Notes under the pieces: model-generated
Told to the model about the DNA's origin: nothing
What the model saw: only the letters and a program-made list of their open reading frames with translations
The model's database searches: none
IMG/VR virus record: IMGVR_UViG_3300035670_000522
Span: 1 to 40,647 of that record
Reading direction: 5' to 3' (one strand)
DNA from: a virus
Lineage: Duplodnaviria; Caudoviricetes
Length of the DNA: 40,647 nt
Position numbers and translations under genes: made by a program
Shown here: in pieces, positions 25,424 to 35,543 of the stretch
How positions within the stretch are numbered: the stretch's first letter is position 1
Layout of the letters: each line of letters begins with the position of its first letter

Positions 25424-28400
25424 TTATTCCAAGACGCTCTGGCGATTCTCGCTAAACTCGGTTTTCTCCAGATCGCCCGCCTCGATGATCGCGATTTCGG
25501 CCTCATCAAACAGCGTCCTGAGCCAGAAAATATTGTTATACGGCAACAGCTTACGCAGCGAGTGAATGTCCCGGTCCTTCAGTGACCCGTCCGTGACGTT
25601 GCGGATCGCGGCGAAAGCATCCTCCCCGCGCCCCACAGATGGCCCGAGCGTTGATGCAAATGCGCCACGGCTGGCAAAGCGGCTCGCCGGGCTTTCCCCG
25701 ATGAAGGTCTTGTTCGTGATCTTCTCAGCCGTGTTGAACCCTTCCATGAACAGCGGGGCAATACCGCTGCGGTCCACGCCTTCACGGACCCAGACCACCG
25801 GATCATCGCTCGTGTCCCGGCCCGAGCCCATGGACTTGAGTTTGTAGACCAGCATCCCGAGCGCGATGTAGGTGAACAGCGCAGACAAAACCCGGCCCTC
25901 AGCCATCCGCCCCTGCTGCGCCATGCGGATCGCTATGCGCTGGTTGCCCGCAAGGACGAACGTCTTGAACTGCCAGATGGTCTGGCCAATCGGCAGGTTC
26001 ATATCGAACAATCCGCCCGCACCCCGGTGCATCAGCTTGTCACCGATGCCGGCCGTCACGGTCTGGATGTTGGCGTTCTTGCCCATCGCGCCGATCCACA
26101 GGCGCCGGGCGTAGGCGTCTTCCCATTGTTCGGGATTTGCCAGTCTCATCCCACCGGATTCAGAGCCATGCTTGCGGACCATCGCCATGATCCGCCCATA
26201 GTCCGTCTCACCGATCCCCATGTTGGCGAGCCAGGTGCGGTTCGACTGGCTGATCCGGTCAGGGCGGCCCATGGCCCGGATCGCTCGGTTGGAGGCGATG
26301 ACGTAATCCGCAGTCTTCATCACATCGTTCCATGCCGTCATCAGGGTCAGGTGGCTGAACCTGTTGGACAGGCTGGCAACCGCCCTCTGCGTCACCGTGC
26401 CTTGGCCGTAGACATCCCCGATATCTGCCATCGTGGCGATCCGGGTGGACAGGACACGCTCGACCGCGATGCCGATGGCATTGGCCTCCCGCGCGGCCAT
26501 CTTCACGCCTTTCAGGTCCGTGACGAGTGGCCCGACCAGATCGCGCGCAATACCAAGGAACCCGTTGGACAACACCTTGCCCGCCACGTCAGGGAATGCG
26601 CTGATCGTCATTCCGCCCAACATGGTCATGTAGTTCCACGCGCGCACATAGCTGAGCCCCCGCGCGAGGGCGCTTTCATAGGTTGGCTCGCCATAGCTGC
26701 CCCGGATCACGTCGCGGACACCCTCGATGTCGCGCATCCGGGCGCGCATTTCCTCGGACAGCTTCTTCTTGCCCGCCTGATCCTCGGGCGCGACCTTGGC
26801 GATCAGGTCCTGATAGTCCTTCTGGATATCATCCAGCACGGTCTTCATGTCCGGCGTGCCGAACGTCTTGGCCAGCTCAATGTCTGCCGAGATGACGCGC
26901 ATGTAGCGGTTCATCACCACCTGTGCGTCATTGACGAGGAAATCCTCGACCCTTGCCCCGCCGCCCTCGAACAGGTCAGGAATGGAGAACGTGCGCTCTT
27001 TCAGCGGGCCTCTGGGGCCGGCTGTGATGTTGATGGGGAGGGTGCGCTCATCATACCCCATCAGCGTGTTATAGATGCTTTCGACCGCATCACTGCGATA
27101 CCCGGTCAGGTCGCCTTCGACCCGTTCTATCTCCAACAGCTCATCGACCTGCTTGATGAACGCCGCGTCATCGTCAGACAGCTTGGCGCCGGTCCTGACC
27201 GCATCGGCCTGGATGTTCGCCGCCCTGACCTTCATGTTGGCGAAGGTCTGGTCCAGCCAGGCGCCGACCATGCGGCGGAAATCCTCCGGCTTCCTGACAA
27301 GCGCCTGCCGGTTCCACATGCGGTGGAGGTAACTCGGCGCGGTTTCTACATCCACATCCTTCGGAAGCAGGCCCGCTTCAATGGCGCGCTGCTTGGTTTT
27401 CTCCAATGCGACCCGGTAACCCTGAGCAGCTTTCTGGACATTGGCGTCAGGGTGCTGATCGCCCCGGCGCAAGGCCATGCCGACTTCCTCGTAGAACTCG
27501 GTGGCGGTCATTGTGCCGCCAGACTTGCGGTGTGCCTTGTGTGCGTCCCGCGCGCTCTGTTCCGCAACAGCGTGCCAACCGCGATACTCACCCATTGCGG
27601 TTTCAACAGCGACGGGAGACGCAAGGCCCTTCTTGTTCCGGTTCAGGAACATGCCGTTTTCCATCAGCATGGCGCCGATCTCGCGCGCCTTGCCTGACGA
27701 TGCCGTGGCAAGCCTGAGCAGCGGGTTCAGCTTGATCGCAGCGCTGGCATCGGCCGTGCCGAACGATGGCGCAAGGGCGAAGTCTTCCGGCGTGACTTGG
27801 GGAACAGCAGCGGCAGACAGGCTACCCGGATTGCTCATCGCGGCGGTGTCTGCCGTCTCGGCTAGTCGGATCGGATCGCCGTCCGGGTCATAGACCATCT
27901 CGCGCTCAAGGCGTTTGGAGAGGGGCTCGAAGTCCGGGTCAAAGCCATAGATCGGCTTGCCCGTCGCCCCGCGATAAACTGCCGTGCCGCCTGACCCAAG
28001 CAGTCCGCCAAGCAAGGCGCCGCCCGTGATGTTCAGCGCGCTTTCTTCCAGCGTGCGGGTCTGCTGCGTGGATTGCAGGGCGGTCTCGGTTGCGGCGCCA
28101 CCCGCTGCGCCAGCCAAAGCCCACCGGCCGCCAACCTGGAGCAGGGTTTCGCCTTTCTTGGCAATGCCGCCGATGGGGATCAGGTTGATTGGGTCAAGGA
28201 GGCCCGCAGCGACCATCACACCGATGCCGGTCCAGCCGCTGTTCATCAGCATGTCCGTGTTGGCGTTCTGGCGGTCGATGTTGCGCTTGACGAACTCGGA
28301 TTGCTCTCGGCTGAACACGTCCACGAACCTGTCGGCATACATCTCGTAGCCTTCAAGGTTCTCGTCTGACAGGGGGTTGAACGTGGGGTCACGCTCGGCC

Positions 28401-28792
28401 TTCGGCATCGTGCCTTGCGTCAGGAGCGAGCCGACCGAGTTCTCACGGCTGAATGCAGCGCCCCAGAGTTCGCCCATCTCGGGTTTCTGGACCGGCTCGG
28501 GCGCCTTGATCTCGCTCAGGCCCATCGCTTCGATGCCTTCATACATCTGGAACGTGGGGCTGTTGGCCCGGTCAATGGCCAGCCAGCTTCCGCCTGCGGG
28601 TTTCTTCGGTTCTGGGATAACCGGGTTTGTGCCTTCGTTCAGGACAGACAGGCCAAGCAGGGCCTTTCCCATCTCGGGCACTCCGTCAGGGTCCAGCGGT
28701 TGCCTCGGCTGCGTCTCGGGCGCTACGAACTGCGGCGTAGTGGGCTGCTGCGGAACCGGGCCAACAACAGGGTCGGTGATGTCATTGATCAT
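25424..28792 (-). CDS. Large internal virion (DNA ejection) protein
   Basis: 1122 aa, helical, with Gly/Ala-rich hydrophobic stretches (GLLDPINLIP.GG); last gene of the podovirus ejection block. Confidence 0.7.
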   Translation of the reverse strand: MINDITDPVVGPVPQQPTTPQFVAPETQPRQPLDPDGVPEMGKALLGLSVLNEGTNPVIPEPKKPAGGSWLAIDRANSPTFQMYEGIEAMGLSEIKAPEPVQKPEMGELWGAAFSRENSVGSLLTQGTMPKAERDPTFNPLSDENLEGYEMYADRFVDVFSREQSEFVKRNIDRQNANTDMLMNSGWTGIGVMVAAGLLDPINLIPIGGIAKKGETLLQVGGRWALAGAAGGAATETALQSTQQTRTLEESALNITGGALLGGLLGSGGTAVYRGATGKPIYGFDPDFEPLSKRLEREMVYDPDGDPIRLAETADTAAMSNPGSLSAAAVPQVTPEDFALAPSFGTADASAAIKLNPLLRLATASSGKAREIGAMLMENGMFLNRNKKGLASPVAVETAMGEYRGWHAVAEQSARDAHKAHRKSGGTMTATEFYEEVGMALRRGDQHPDANVQKAAQGYRVALEKTKQRAIEAGLLPKDVDVETAPSYLHRMWNRQALVRKPEDFRRMVGAWLDQTFANMKVRAANIQADAVRTGAKLSDDDAAFIKQVDELLEIERVEGDLTGYRSDAVESIYNTLMGYDERTLPINITAGPRGPLKERTFSIPDLFEGGGARVEDFLVNDAQVVMNRYMRVISADIELAKTFGTPDMKTVLDDIQKDYQDLIAKVAPEDQAGKKKLSEEMRARMRDIEGVRDVIRGSYGEPTYESALARGLSYVRAWNYMTMLGGMTISAFPDVAGKVLSNGFLGIARDLVGPLVTDLKGVKMAAREANAIGIAVERVLSTRIATMADIGDVYGQGTVTQRAVASLSNRFSHLTLMTAWNDVMKTADYVIASNRAIRAMGRPDRISQSNRTWLANMGIGETDYGRIMAMVRKHGSESGGMRLANPEQWEDAYARRLWIGAMGKNANIQTVTAGIGDKLMHRGAGGLFDMNLPIGQTIWQFKTFVLAGNQRIAIRMAQQGRMAEGRVLSALFTYIALGMLVYKLKSMGSGRDTSDDPVVWVREGVDRSGIAPLFMEGFNTAEKITNKTFIGESPASRFASRGAFASTLGPSVGRGEDAFAAIRNVTDGSLKDRDIHSLRKLLPYNNIFWLRTLFDEAEIAIIEAGDLEKTEFSENRQSVLE

Positions 28793-31700
28793 TCAAGGCC
28801 CCGTCTGCGGCGTTCTTTGATCGCCAGCGCTTCTTCTGTCCGTGCCATGTTCTGTTCGGCTTCGGGCGTCATGGGAAGCGGGTTGTATGTGATCGGGGCG
28901 GGCTCGCGGGTCTGGCCGCGCGCTTCCATCTCGGCACGCATCACGGCTTCTTCCTGTGCCTTCCAGCGGGCAAACTCGGCAGGGGTCATGTCTTCCGGGG
29001 GTATTTCCGGCTCAGTGCGCTGGATGCCGTCCCAGCCCATGCCGATAGCAATGGCACCGCCTGCCGCTGCTGCGCCGCCTGCGTAGAGACCGGCTTCGGC
29101 TATGCGGCCGGTGAGGGAGAGGCCGGGTTCTTCTGGTGGAACGTCAAGCGCATCATCCGCCATCTCATCCAGCGGCCCGCCCCTCTGCGATGCCAACAGG
29201 TTCGCACTCCCCGCATTGTCCGGATCAAAGGCGGCGTTTACGGAGCGGATGTTGGAGGGGTCGAAGATGGTCACAATATCCGCGACTTCGGGGCCGTCCT
29301 TGAAATTGTTCAAGCGCAGGCCGTCATAGCCTTCAGCTTTTGCCTCATCCAGCATTTTAGAAAGTTTGATCTCATTGGCGCGATACTGCGCGCCTTCCAT
29401 GTCAATGGTCTTTATCCGTCCTCGGACATATAGAGGCATGGTCTGCTTTTGCTGCATGAATTGATCGCGGGCCGCTTTAACAGCGTCAAAATCGGGATAC
29501 AATTCACCGGACCGAGAAACCGCCGAAAGGTCTCCATAGAAATCTGCAACAGTCGGAGATGTTGTCAGGAACACGCCTCTTTGAGCGCTTTCCGCATTAG
29601 AAGATGTGCCAAACGTTTTCGGATCAAACGAGTCAAAAGACCGGGTCGTCCCATGATACAGCACCGTCTCCGTATCGAACCCCATCTCATTCGCCCGAGC
29701 CATCCGCCCAGCTTGGGACATATCAAGGCCCTTGGCTTTCGCGGCTTCCCATTCAGGGCTTCCGGGGGTCTCGAACTTGGCGGCTTGTTGCGGCGTGCGC
29801 GAGCCTCCTACGCCAGCCGTGAGAATGGGGGATGCAGCTTTGTCGGGTCCGCCCATGTTCATCAGGTCAGTGATGGACTTGCGCATGAAGGCTTTGTCAT
29901 CACCGTTGAAACGGCTGCCGTATGACCCTAGCGCGTTGTTAAACACCTCTGCTGGATCACGGCCTTGAAATTTGGCTTCAGCAATTGCCCGACGCGCGAT
30001 GGACGCATAAAGCCTTTCCTCGGACGTGTATGGCGGCACGCCTCTGGCAATTCTTTCCGCAGGCTCGTTTGCGAGCGGAAAACGCCGGAATGCATCGGCC
30101 AAAACATCTTCGTACCTGCCGTTCTCTATTTCCTCAAAAGCATTGCGAAGGGCAATCGCATCGTTAATGTCTGCGATTTCTGCATCTACGTGATCGGGGT
30201 TGCTTTGCTCTCGCAGTCTGGCAAATTCTTCTTCTTCTGACTTCGTCAGGTAGCTCTTACGGCTTAGGTATTTGAACGCCCGCGCCTTCTTTTCATCGCC
30301 GTAAAACGCTTTAACAAGGTCAGCAAATTCAGCATCTTGAATTTGCTTAACAATGCCGCGCATTTCCTCGGCTGTCGGCTGGACTTCCCCGTCAATAATC
30401 CGCTGTAAGCTTTGCGGGCTTCCGGGGGTCTCGAAGCGTTCGATTTCGTCAAGAGGGCCGCCGCGCTCCGAGAACATCTTCCCCTCGCGGTCCAGCACTT
30501 TCACATCGCTGTCGTTGAACGCGACGTAATTGAACGTCTGGCCCTTCCTGTTCCGCTTGCCGCGTGAGAACCCGTCCAGATACCGAAGGCCGCGCACGCC
30601 CATCTCGCGCATGATCTGCATCGCTTCGGTGTTCGTGCCTTTCAGGGAGGCGACCAGAACGTCCATGCGGGTCTCGTCGCCGTACTTGGCCAGCACATCT
30701 GCGCCTTTGCCCAGCGCGCCCTTCTCTGCCGCCGCCCGGAACGCGGCCTTGACCTTCTCGGGCTGTTTGCCGAACGGGAGGTCATACTGGATCGTGGCGT
30801 CTGCCGGCAGTTTCACCGCAACGGTGTAGATGTTGCCACCGCCGCGCAGGAGGCGCTTGGACGGCTTCGGAATGCCCTTGCTGGACTCGGGGTCTAGCGT
30901 CTTGAGGTAGGCAATCCCTGCCTCCAGGAACTTGATCAGTTCCTCTCTGTCCTTGATGACGGGGCGTTCGACGGAGGCAAACTCGGTTGACCTGCCCCCA
31001 CCCGGATACGAAAGCGGATACTTGATCTGATCCAGTTCATATTGAAGCGACCAGAGAGCGCCTTCCAGTGCGCCGCCGTGAGACCGATCAGAAGCAAGAG
31101 ATTTGTAGCCTCCGAACAGCTCATGATACAGAGATTTGTTCCGGTACTTCCAATACTCTGACAGCGCAAAGTGCGCCGGGTTGGCCTTGTTGAAATCCTC
31201 CTTTCCCATTTTCAAGCCGGGTGCCAGCTTCTTCATCCGCTTGCGATACCATTCCGCAATGCCCCGGCTCTGTGTGAAATAGTGCCCCGGCCCAAACGCC
31301 TGCGCGCCTTCGCCTGAGCCAACCTTCTCCAGCTTGAACTCATCAAACTTCGCCAGCGTTCCGTGGAACGCGATGAACTCATCAAGGTCGAGAACTTCCA
31401 TTTCGCTGGTCAGTTCCAGAACGTCCGTCTTTGAGTCTTCGACCGCCGCCCGGATTTCAGGGTCAGCGGTCTCGCTCATCGCGGTTCGCATCTGCGGCGT
31501 TGGCAGCAATTCTTCCGCAGCCACGTCATACTGATCCTTGGGGAACACGCCCGCGCGCTGCTCCGCGCTCATGGTGCGCCGCGTCTCGGCAAGCCTTGCT
31601 TCGACCTCACCGGGCAGGCGGCGGTAATACTCGATTTCCGCTTGCTGCTGGATCGCGGCTTTCAGCGTATCCATCTGCGTCTTGATGATCTTCTTCTGCG

Positions 31701-32541
31701 CCGGGTCCGTCGCCCGGTCATGCTTCAGTTTCAGATCCCCGAGACGGCCAATCGCCCGCTCAATCTGCGGTGTGTCCCAGAACTCCTTGCCTGCCTTCGG
31801 CGAGCCGCCCCGTGCAAAGCCCTCGGCCTGCTGGACCGCGTGCTGCACTTCATGGACAATGGCTTCAGCGGCTTCCTGTCGGGTCAGGCGGTTGTTTACG
31901 ATGACGGTTTTGAAAAACCTGTCATAGGCCCCCGTTGCCCCGGCAATGACTTCGCCCTGATCATCGCGCCGGATCGGACCCATGTCCTTGAACATGATCT
32001 GGGCTTTCTTCAGATCGGGATAGGCGGCAAACAGTTCGTCATGGCTGAACAGTTCCTCAAGGTCGAACTCCCATGACATCTTGGGCGGCTCGATAAGAAG
32101 CTCAGCCTTGCTGTCATCGATCTCGTATTTCCATGCGCCTTCCTCGCCCCGGAGCCATCCGGTTTCTGCCCAGATAGCCTTCGGGTCTGCGCCGGCCGCT
32201 TCCAGCGTCTTGGCTCGCTCCAGCTTTGGAAGCGGTGCCTGGCGAGAACTGATCCCGCCGAAGATGCCCATGACTTCCGTGCCGGGCGGCTCAAGAAACC
32301 GTTCCGCATCGGTCGGCGCCTTCGGTGCCCGGACCAAAGTGCGCGCCGTCACTGCGCCGCCGGCAAGCGCCACCATGTTAGCCAGCCGTTCCTCGGTCGT
32401 CTCAGCCGGAAGGACAGCGCCCGCTGCACCGCCAAGCGCTGCCGGACCTACGTTCTGCTCCACAGCCGCAGCAACCGGCGCCACCGGCAACTCGCCTGCC
32501 GCCTTGGCGACTTCTCTCCCGATTGCAGAGACCCAGCCCAT
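28789..32541 (-). CDS. Polyvalent protein (LPD23 + zincin metallopeptidase + two ADP-ribosyltransferase-like domains), probably virion-delivered
   Basis: IWAETGW.RG..G.WKYEIDDS (LPD23); HEVQH...GEVEAR; FHGT...G.GEGAQAFGPGHYFT; LYHGT...GVFLT...GYDG...FDPSNIRS. Confidence 0.75.
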   Translation of the reverse strand: MGWVSAIGREVAKAAGELPVAPVAAAVEQNVGPAALGGAAGAVLPAETTEERLANMVALAGGAVTARTLVRAPKAPTDAERFLEPPGTEVMGIFGGISSRQAPLPKLERAKTLEAAGADPKAIWAETGWLRGEEGAWKYEIDDSKAELLIEPPKMSWEFDLEELFSHDELFAAYPDLKKAQIMFKDMGPIRRDDQGEVIAGATGAYDRFFKTVIVNNRLTRQEAAEAIVHEVQHAVQQAEGFARGGSPKAGKEFWDTPQIERAIGRLGDLKLKHDRATDPAQKKIIKTQMDTLKAAIQQQAEIEYYRRLPGEVEARLAETRRTMSAEQRAGVFPKDQYDVAAEELLPTPQMRTAMSETADPEIRAAVEDSKTDVLELTSEMEVLDLDEFIAFHGTLAKFDEFKLEKVGSGEGAQAFGPGHYFTQSRGIAEWYRKRMKKLAPGLKMGKEDFNKANPAHFALSEYWKYRNKSLYHELFGGYKSLASDRSHGGALEGALWSLQYELDQIKYPLSYPGGGRSTEFASVERPVIKDREELIKFLEAGIAYLKTLDPESSKGIPKPSKRLLRGGGNIYTVAVKLPADATIQYDLPFGKQPEKVKAAFRAAAEKGALGKGADVLAKYGDETRMDVLVASLKGTNTEAMQIMREMGVRGLRYLDGFSRGKRNRKGQTFNYVAFNDSDVKVLDREGKMFSERGGPLDEIERFETPGSPQSLQRIIDGEVQPTAEEMRGIVKQIQDAEFADLVKAFYGDEKKARAFKYLSRKSYLTKSEEEEFARLREQSNPDHVDAEIADINDAIALRNAFEEIENGRYEDVLADAFRRFPLANEPAERIARGVPPYTSEERLYASIARRAIAEAKFQGRDPAEVFNNALGSYGSRFNGDDKAFMRKSITDLMNMGGPDKAASPILTAGVGGSRTPQQAAKFETPGSPEWEAAKAKGLDMSQAGRMARANEMGFDTETVLYHGTTRSFDSFDPKTFGTSSNAESAQRGVFLTTSPTVADFYGDLSAVSRSGELYPDFDAVKAARDQFMQQKQTMPLYVRGRIKTIDMEGAQYRANEIKLSKMLDEAKAEGYDGLRLNNFKDGPEVADIVTIFDPSNIRSVNAAFDPDNAGSANLLASQRGGPLDEMADDALDVPPEEPGLSLTGRIAEAGLYAGGAAAAGGAIAIGMGWDGIQRTEPEIPPEDMTPAEFARWKAQEEAVMRAEMEARGQTREPAPITYNPLPMTPEAEQNMARTEEALAIKERRRRGLE
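29756..29775. repeat. 20-bp direct repeat, copy 1
   Basis: GGGCTTCCGGGGGTCTCGAA, identical to 30416-30435. Confidence 0.9.
30416..30435. repeat. 20-bp direct repeat, copy 2
   Basis: GGGCTTCCGGGGGTCTCGAA, identical to 29756-29775. Confidence 0.9.
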
Positions 32542-34898
32542 CAGTCCATCCCGGCTTGTCGTTTCGCCTCTTTGAGGTCGGCCTGTGCGTTCTTGTAGGC
32601 TTCGCGGTTCAGTTCCAGTTCGCGCCGGTAAGTCGGCCCGGTCTTGCCGCTGTTTTCGAGGATCTCCAACTGACGGCCTTGGACCTCAACCATGCGCTCA
32701 AGGGCTTTTACCTTTTCAGTCCTTGCCTCTTGCTTTTTCGCGGTTCCCGCAATCGATCCGCCTGCCTCGGCCCAAGCCCGATTGAACTTGGCCTGCTTCT
32801 CGATTTCCTTCGCGGCTTCCTCGTCATAGGTCCAGACGCCGATAGCATCCATGACACCATTGGTCTTGACCACTACAGTATAGACGGGCTTCCCGGTGTT
32901 CTGGATCGCGCGGGTCGTCAGGGCATCGGATACCAGTTCGATATCCCCGGCCTCGACTTTCGTTCCCATCAGTTCGGACACGCCGGACACAAGGCTGTCC
33001 CTGAGCCAATCCCCAGCCGCAGGATAATATTTCTCGGGTGGGTGCATCATCGTCTTGCCGCCATTGGCGACAGAGGGACCATAGGTCCGCCCGATCACGG
33101 CATCGGCCTGCTGTTTCGCAAGGCTTTCGTCGCCGTGCTGGATGAAGAAGTTCTGGTAGGCTGTCTCATAGGCGCGGATCATCTGCTGTTCAGCAAGCCC
33201 GCCACCCGCGACACCGCCGCCGAGACGGTTCAGCACCGCAAGGGCCTGACCCGCTTTCGTCGCGGTCTTGCGGCCCTCGGCCTTCAATGCGGCCGGCACG
33301 CCGTTCGGGTCAGCCGCAGCCTCGCGTTCCTTGATGATCGCCTGATAGGCTTGCATCGGGGGGATGCCCGCATCCATCTTGAACGCCAGGCTCAGACCTT
33401 CCGCCAGTTCGATGTCCGTGAATGCCGCCTCTGCCGCATTGGGTTGCAAGGCGTAAAGGTCTGCCATCGCCTTGATCGCGCCGATCTGCTGCTGTTCGGT
33501 CCCGCCCGAGCGCATCCCGCGCAGGACCGAGACGGCAGAAGACGGGATGATCCCGGCATCCCGCGCAAACGTGCTGACCATTTCCATGGCTTTCGGGAAA
33601 TCGGTCTGGAACATCTCCATGCCGCCCGCCTGCCGGAAATACTCGTCCGCGCCTTTCTTCATCGCGGGATTGGACGGATCAATCGGCATTCCGGTCGAGA
33701 GGTAATCCACAAACTCGCCCATGGCCTTGTTGGACGCAGAGACGGTTTCTCCCATGCGTGCGGCCTGTGACCATTGCTGCGGGGTGATTTCGCCGCGCTG
33801 ATACATCCGATCCGCATCAGCGCGGGTCATTGTCCCGTCAGTGATGCCGACTTGCAGGCTGGCAAAGTTGCGGTCCCGCCATTCCGAGACACGGGCTTTC
33901 TGCTCTGCCTCTTTCCGGGCTGCCATCTGGGCAGCTTGGCCGAGCAGGGTGACATATTCCCCGTCATCGATCTCGCCCGCTGAATGGGCCGATGCGAGTT
34001 CTTCAACTCCAATCTCGTCCTTGACGATGCCAAGGGACATGCGCTCGTAGTTCTTGCGGCGGAGTTCGGCCTCGGTCTGGGCAAACATGGCAGGCACGGC
34101 CTGTGCATCCAGTTCGAGATAGTCGCCCTTGTGCGTCTCGAAGTATGCCTTGGCGCCGGCAAGGTCGTCCTGTTCCAGCATCCCGCTCAGAACGGCATTG
34201 TGGGCCTTGGCCAGCGCGGTCTTGACCTGCTGGTCAAGGGCCTCGCCGTCATAGCCCGCATCCATGAACTTGTCTTTCAGGGCGTCTTTGGCACGGGAAA
34301 GGCTTGCGGTTTGGGCTTCCTTCAGCCTGAAAAGTTCCTCCGGTGTTTTGGCGGTTTTCATCTGAGGCTGTATTGCCGCAATGGCATCAAACGATGAAAG
34401 CACCGTCGCATCCCGCACGTTGTCGGAATACACCCGGCCCTGTTCCACGAAATATGTGTCCGCCTCGCGCAAGAACTTGGCTGACAGGTCATCTGCCGCA
34501 AGCTGGAACCCATCGCGCACATCCGGCGCAGACAGCCCTTCCCCGATCTTGGAGAATGCTTTCTGCAACTCATCGCGGTAGTGATCCGTCAGCGACCGGC
34601 CATTAATACCCTTGTTGGCCTCGGCGCCCTGATACTGCGCCATCTCGTTCTTGAGCCGGTTCGCTTCATTGAGCGCCTGATTATAGGCGTCGTTGAACCG
34701 GACCTTGTTGATCTTTTCCTGCTCCTTGGCGGCGTAATCACCGATCACGTTGCCAACATTTGCAATGCCTTCGGAAAGCCCCTGAAGCTGGCGGCCGGGC
34801 AGCGCAGCCGCGGCCGGGCTAGGAGCACCCGTGACGCGCGGGCCGGGCCGAACGATAGGCTGAACGTTACCGCCCGAATATTGAGGAATCCGCGCCAT
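32541..34898 (-). CDS. Internal virion (ejection) protein
   Basis: MARIPQY N-terminus; 785 aa, helical; follows the gp14-like gene. Confidence 0.7.
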   Translation of the reverse strand: MARIPQYSGGNVQPIVRPGPRVTGAPSPAAAALPGRQLQGLSEGIANVGNVIGDYAAKEQEKINKVRFNDAYNQALNEANRLKNEMAQYQGAEANKGINGRSLTDHYRDELQKAFSKIGEGLSAPDVRDGFQLAADDLSAKFLREADTYFVEQGRVYSDNVRDATVLSSFDAIAAIQPQMKTAKTPEELFRLKEAQTASLSRAKDALKDKFMDAGYDGEALDQQVKTALAKAHNAVLSGMLEQDDLAGAKAYFETHKGDYLELDAQAVPAMFAQTEAELRRKNYERMSLGIVKDEIGVEELASAHSAGEIDDGEYVTLLGQAAQMAARKEAEQKARVSEWRDRNFASLQVGITDGTMTRADADRMYQRGEITPQQWSQAARMGETVSASNKAMGEFVDYLSTGMPIDPSNPAMKKGADEYFRQAGGMEMFQTDFPKAMEMVSTFARDAGIIPSSAVSVLRGMRSGGTEQQQIGAIKAMADLYALQPNAAEAAFTDIELAEGLSLAFKMDAGIPPMQAYQAIIKEREAAADPNGVPAALKAEGRKTATKAGQALAVLNRLGGGVAGGGLAEQQMIRAYETAYQNFFIQHGDESLAKQQADAVIGRTYGPSVANGGKTMMHPPEKYYPAAGDWLRDSLVSGVSELMGTKVEAGDIELVSDALTTRAIQNTGKPVYTVVVKTNGVMDAIGVWTYDEEAAKEIEKQAKFNRAWAEAGGSIAGTAKKQEARTEKVKALERMVEVQGRQLEILENSGKTGPTYRRELELNREAYKNAQADLKEAKRQAGMD

Positions 34899-35542
34899 CA
34901 GCCACCCAACCAGTTCTTGACCTTGGAATAAAGCGAAGCGTTCGGATTATACTTCGACACCACAGAGCCAATCTTGCCAGTCACGCCTTGGGCTTGCTTG
35001 CCGACACCCGTAGCTGGCGGCGGCTTGCCACCAATCGCCCCGCTATCCTTGAACGCCGCGTACTGCCCGCCCCACTTTGCGCCCTCGGTCAGCAGCGTAG
35101 CCCCTGCCTGCATCAGCGGATTGATCGCACTTGCCGTCGCGCGGTTCATCCGGGCACTGGACCGCAGATTACCCGCCTCGGTTCTCATGCCCCATGCTTC
35201 CCTCAGCGCATTGGCCTTGATCTGGGTCGCGTCCAGTTCGCTCATCACGTCCGTGGATGTCAGCGTTGCAGCCACGGTCTCAGACCCAAGGTCTACACCG
35301 CTCGCCGCATATCCTACGCGCTGTTTCGAGCGAAGCTGTGCCACGTCCTGCCGGAACGCTTGCTCTGCCCGCTCACCCCGGAACAGGGCATCACGGGCCT
35401 GGCTGTCCGCGATCTGGGCGTTGATCTCATCCAGCCGGGCTTGCAGTTTGAGCGCGTTCTTCTGGCCAGACGCCGCGTAATACGCACCGACCGTGTTCAT
35501 CGCCCCGCTGGCGGCGCCTGCAATCAATGATGCCCCTGCCAT
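34898..35542 (-). CDS. Small internal virion protein (T7 gp14-like position)
   Basis: Ala/Gly-rich; Q.V.YAASGVDL.S motif typical of this position in BPP-1/epsilon15-like phages. Confidence 0.75.
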   Translation of the reverse strand: MAGASLIAGAASGAMNTVGAYYAASGQKNALKLQARLDEINAQIADSQARDALFRGERAEQAFRQDVAQLRSKQRVGYAASGVDLGSETVAATLTSTDVMSELDATQIKANALREAWGMRTEAGNLRSSARMNRATASAINPLMQAGATLLTEGAKWGGQYAAFKDSGAIGGKPPPATGVGKQAQGVTGKIGSVVSKYNPNASLYSKVKNWLGG

Positions 35543-35543
35543 C

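Noticed and set aside
26027-27697. 556-aa plus-strand ORF and similar long antisense ORFs (1262-2425, 20926-21882, 32523-33770, 36249-37190)
   Set aside because: Shadow frames of high-GC minus-strand genes with no recognisable motifs
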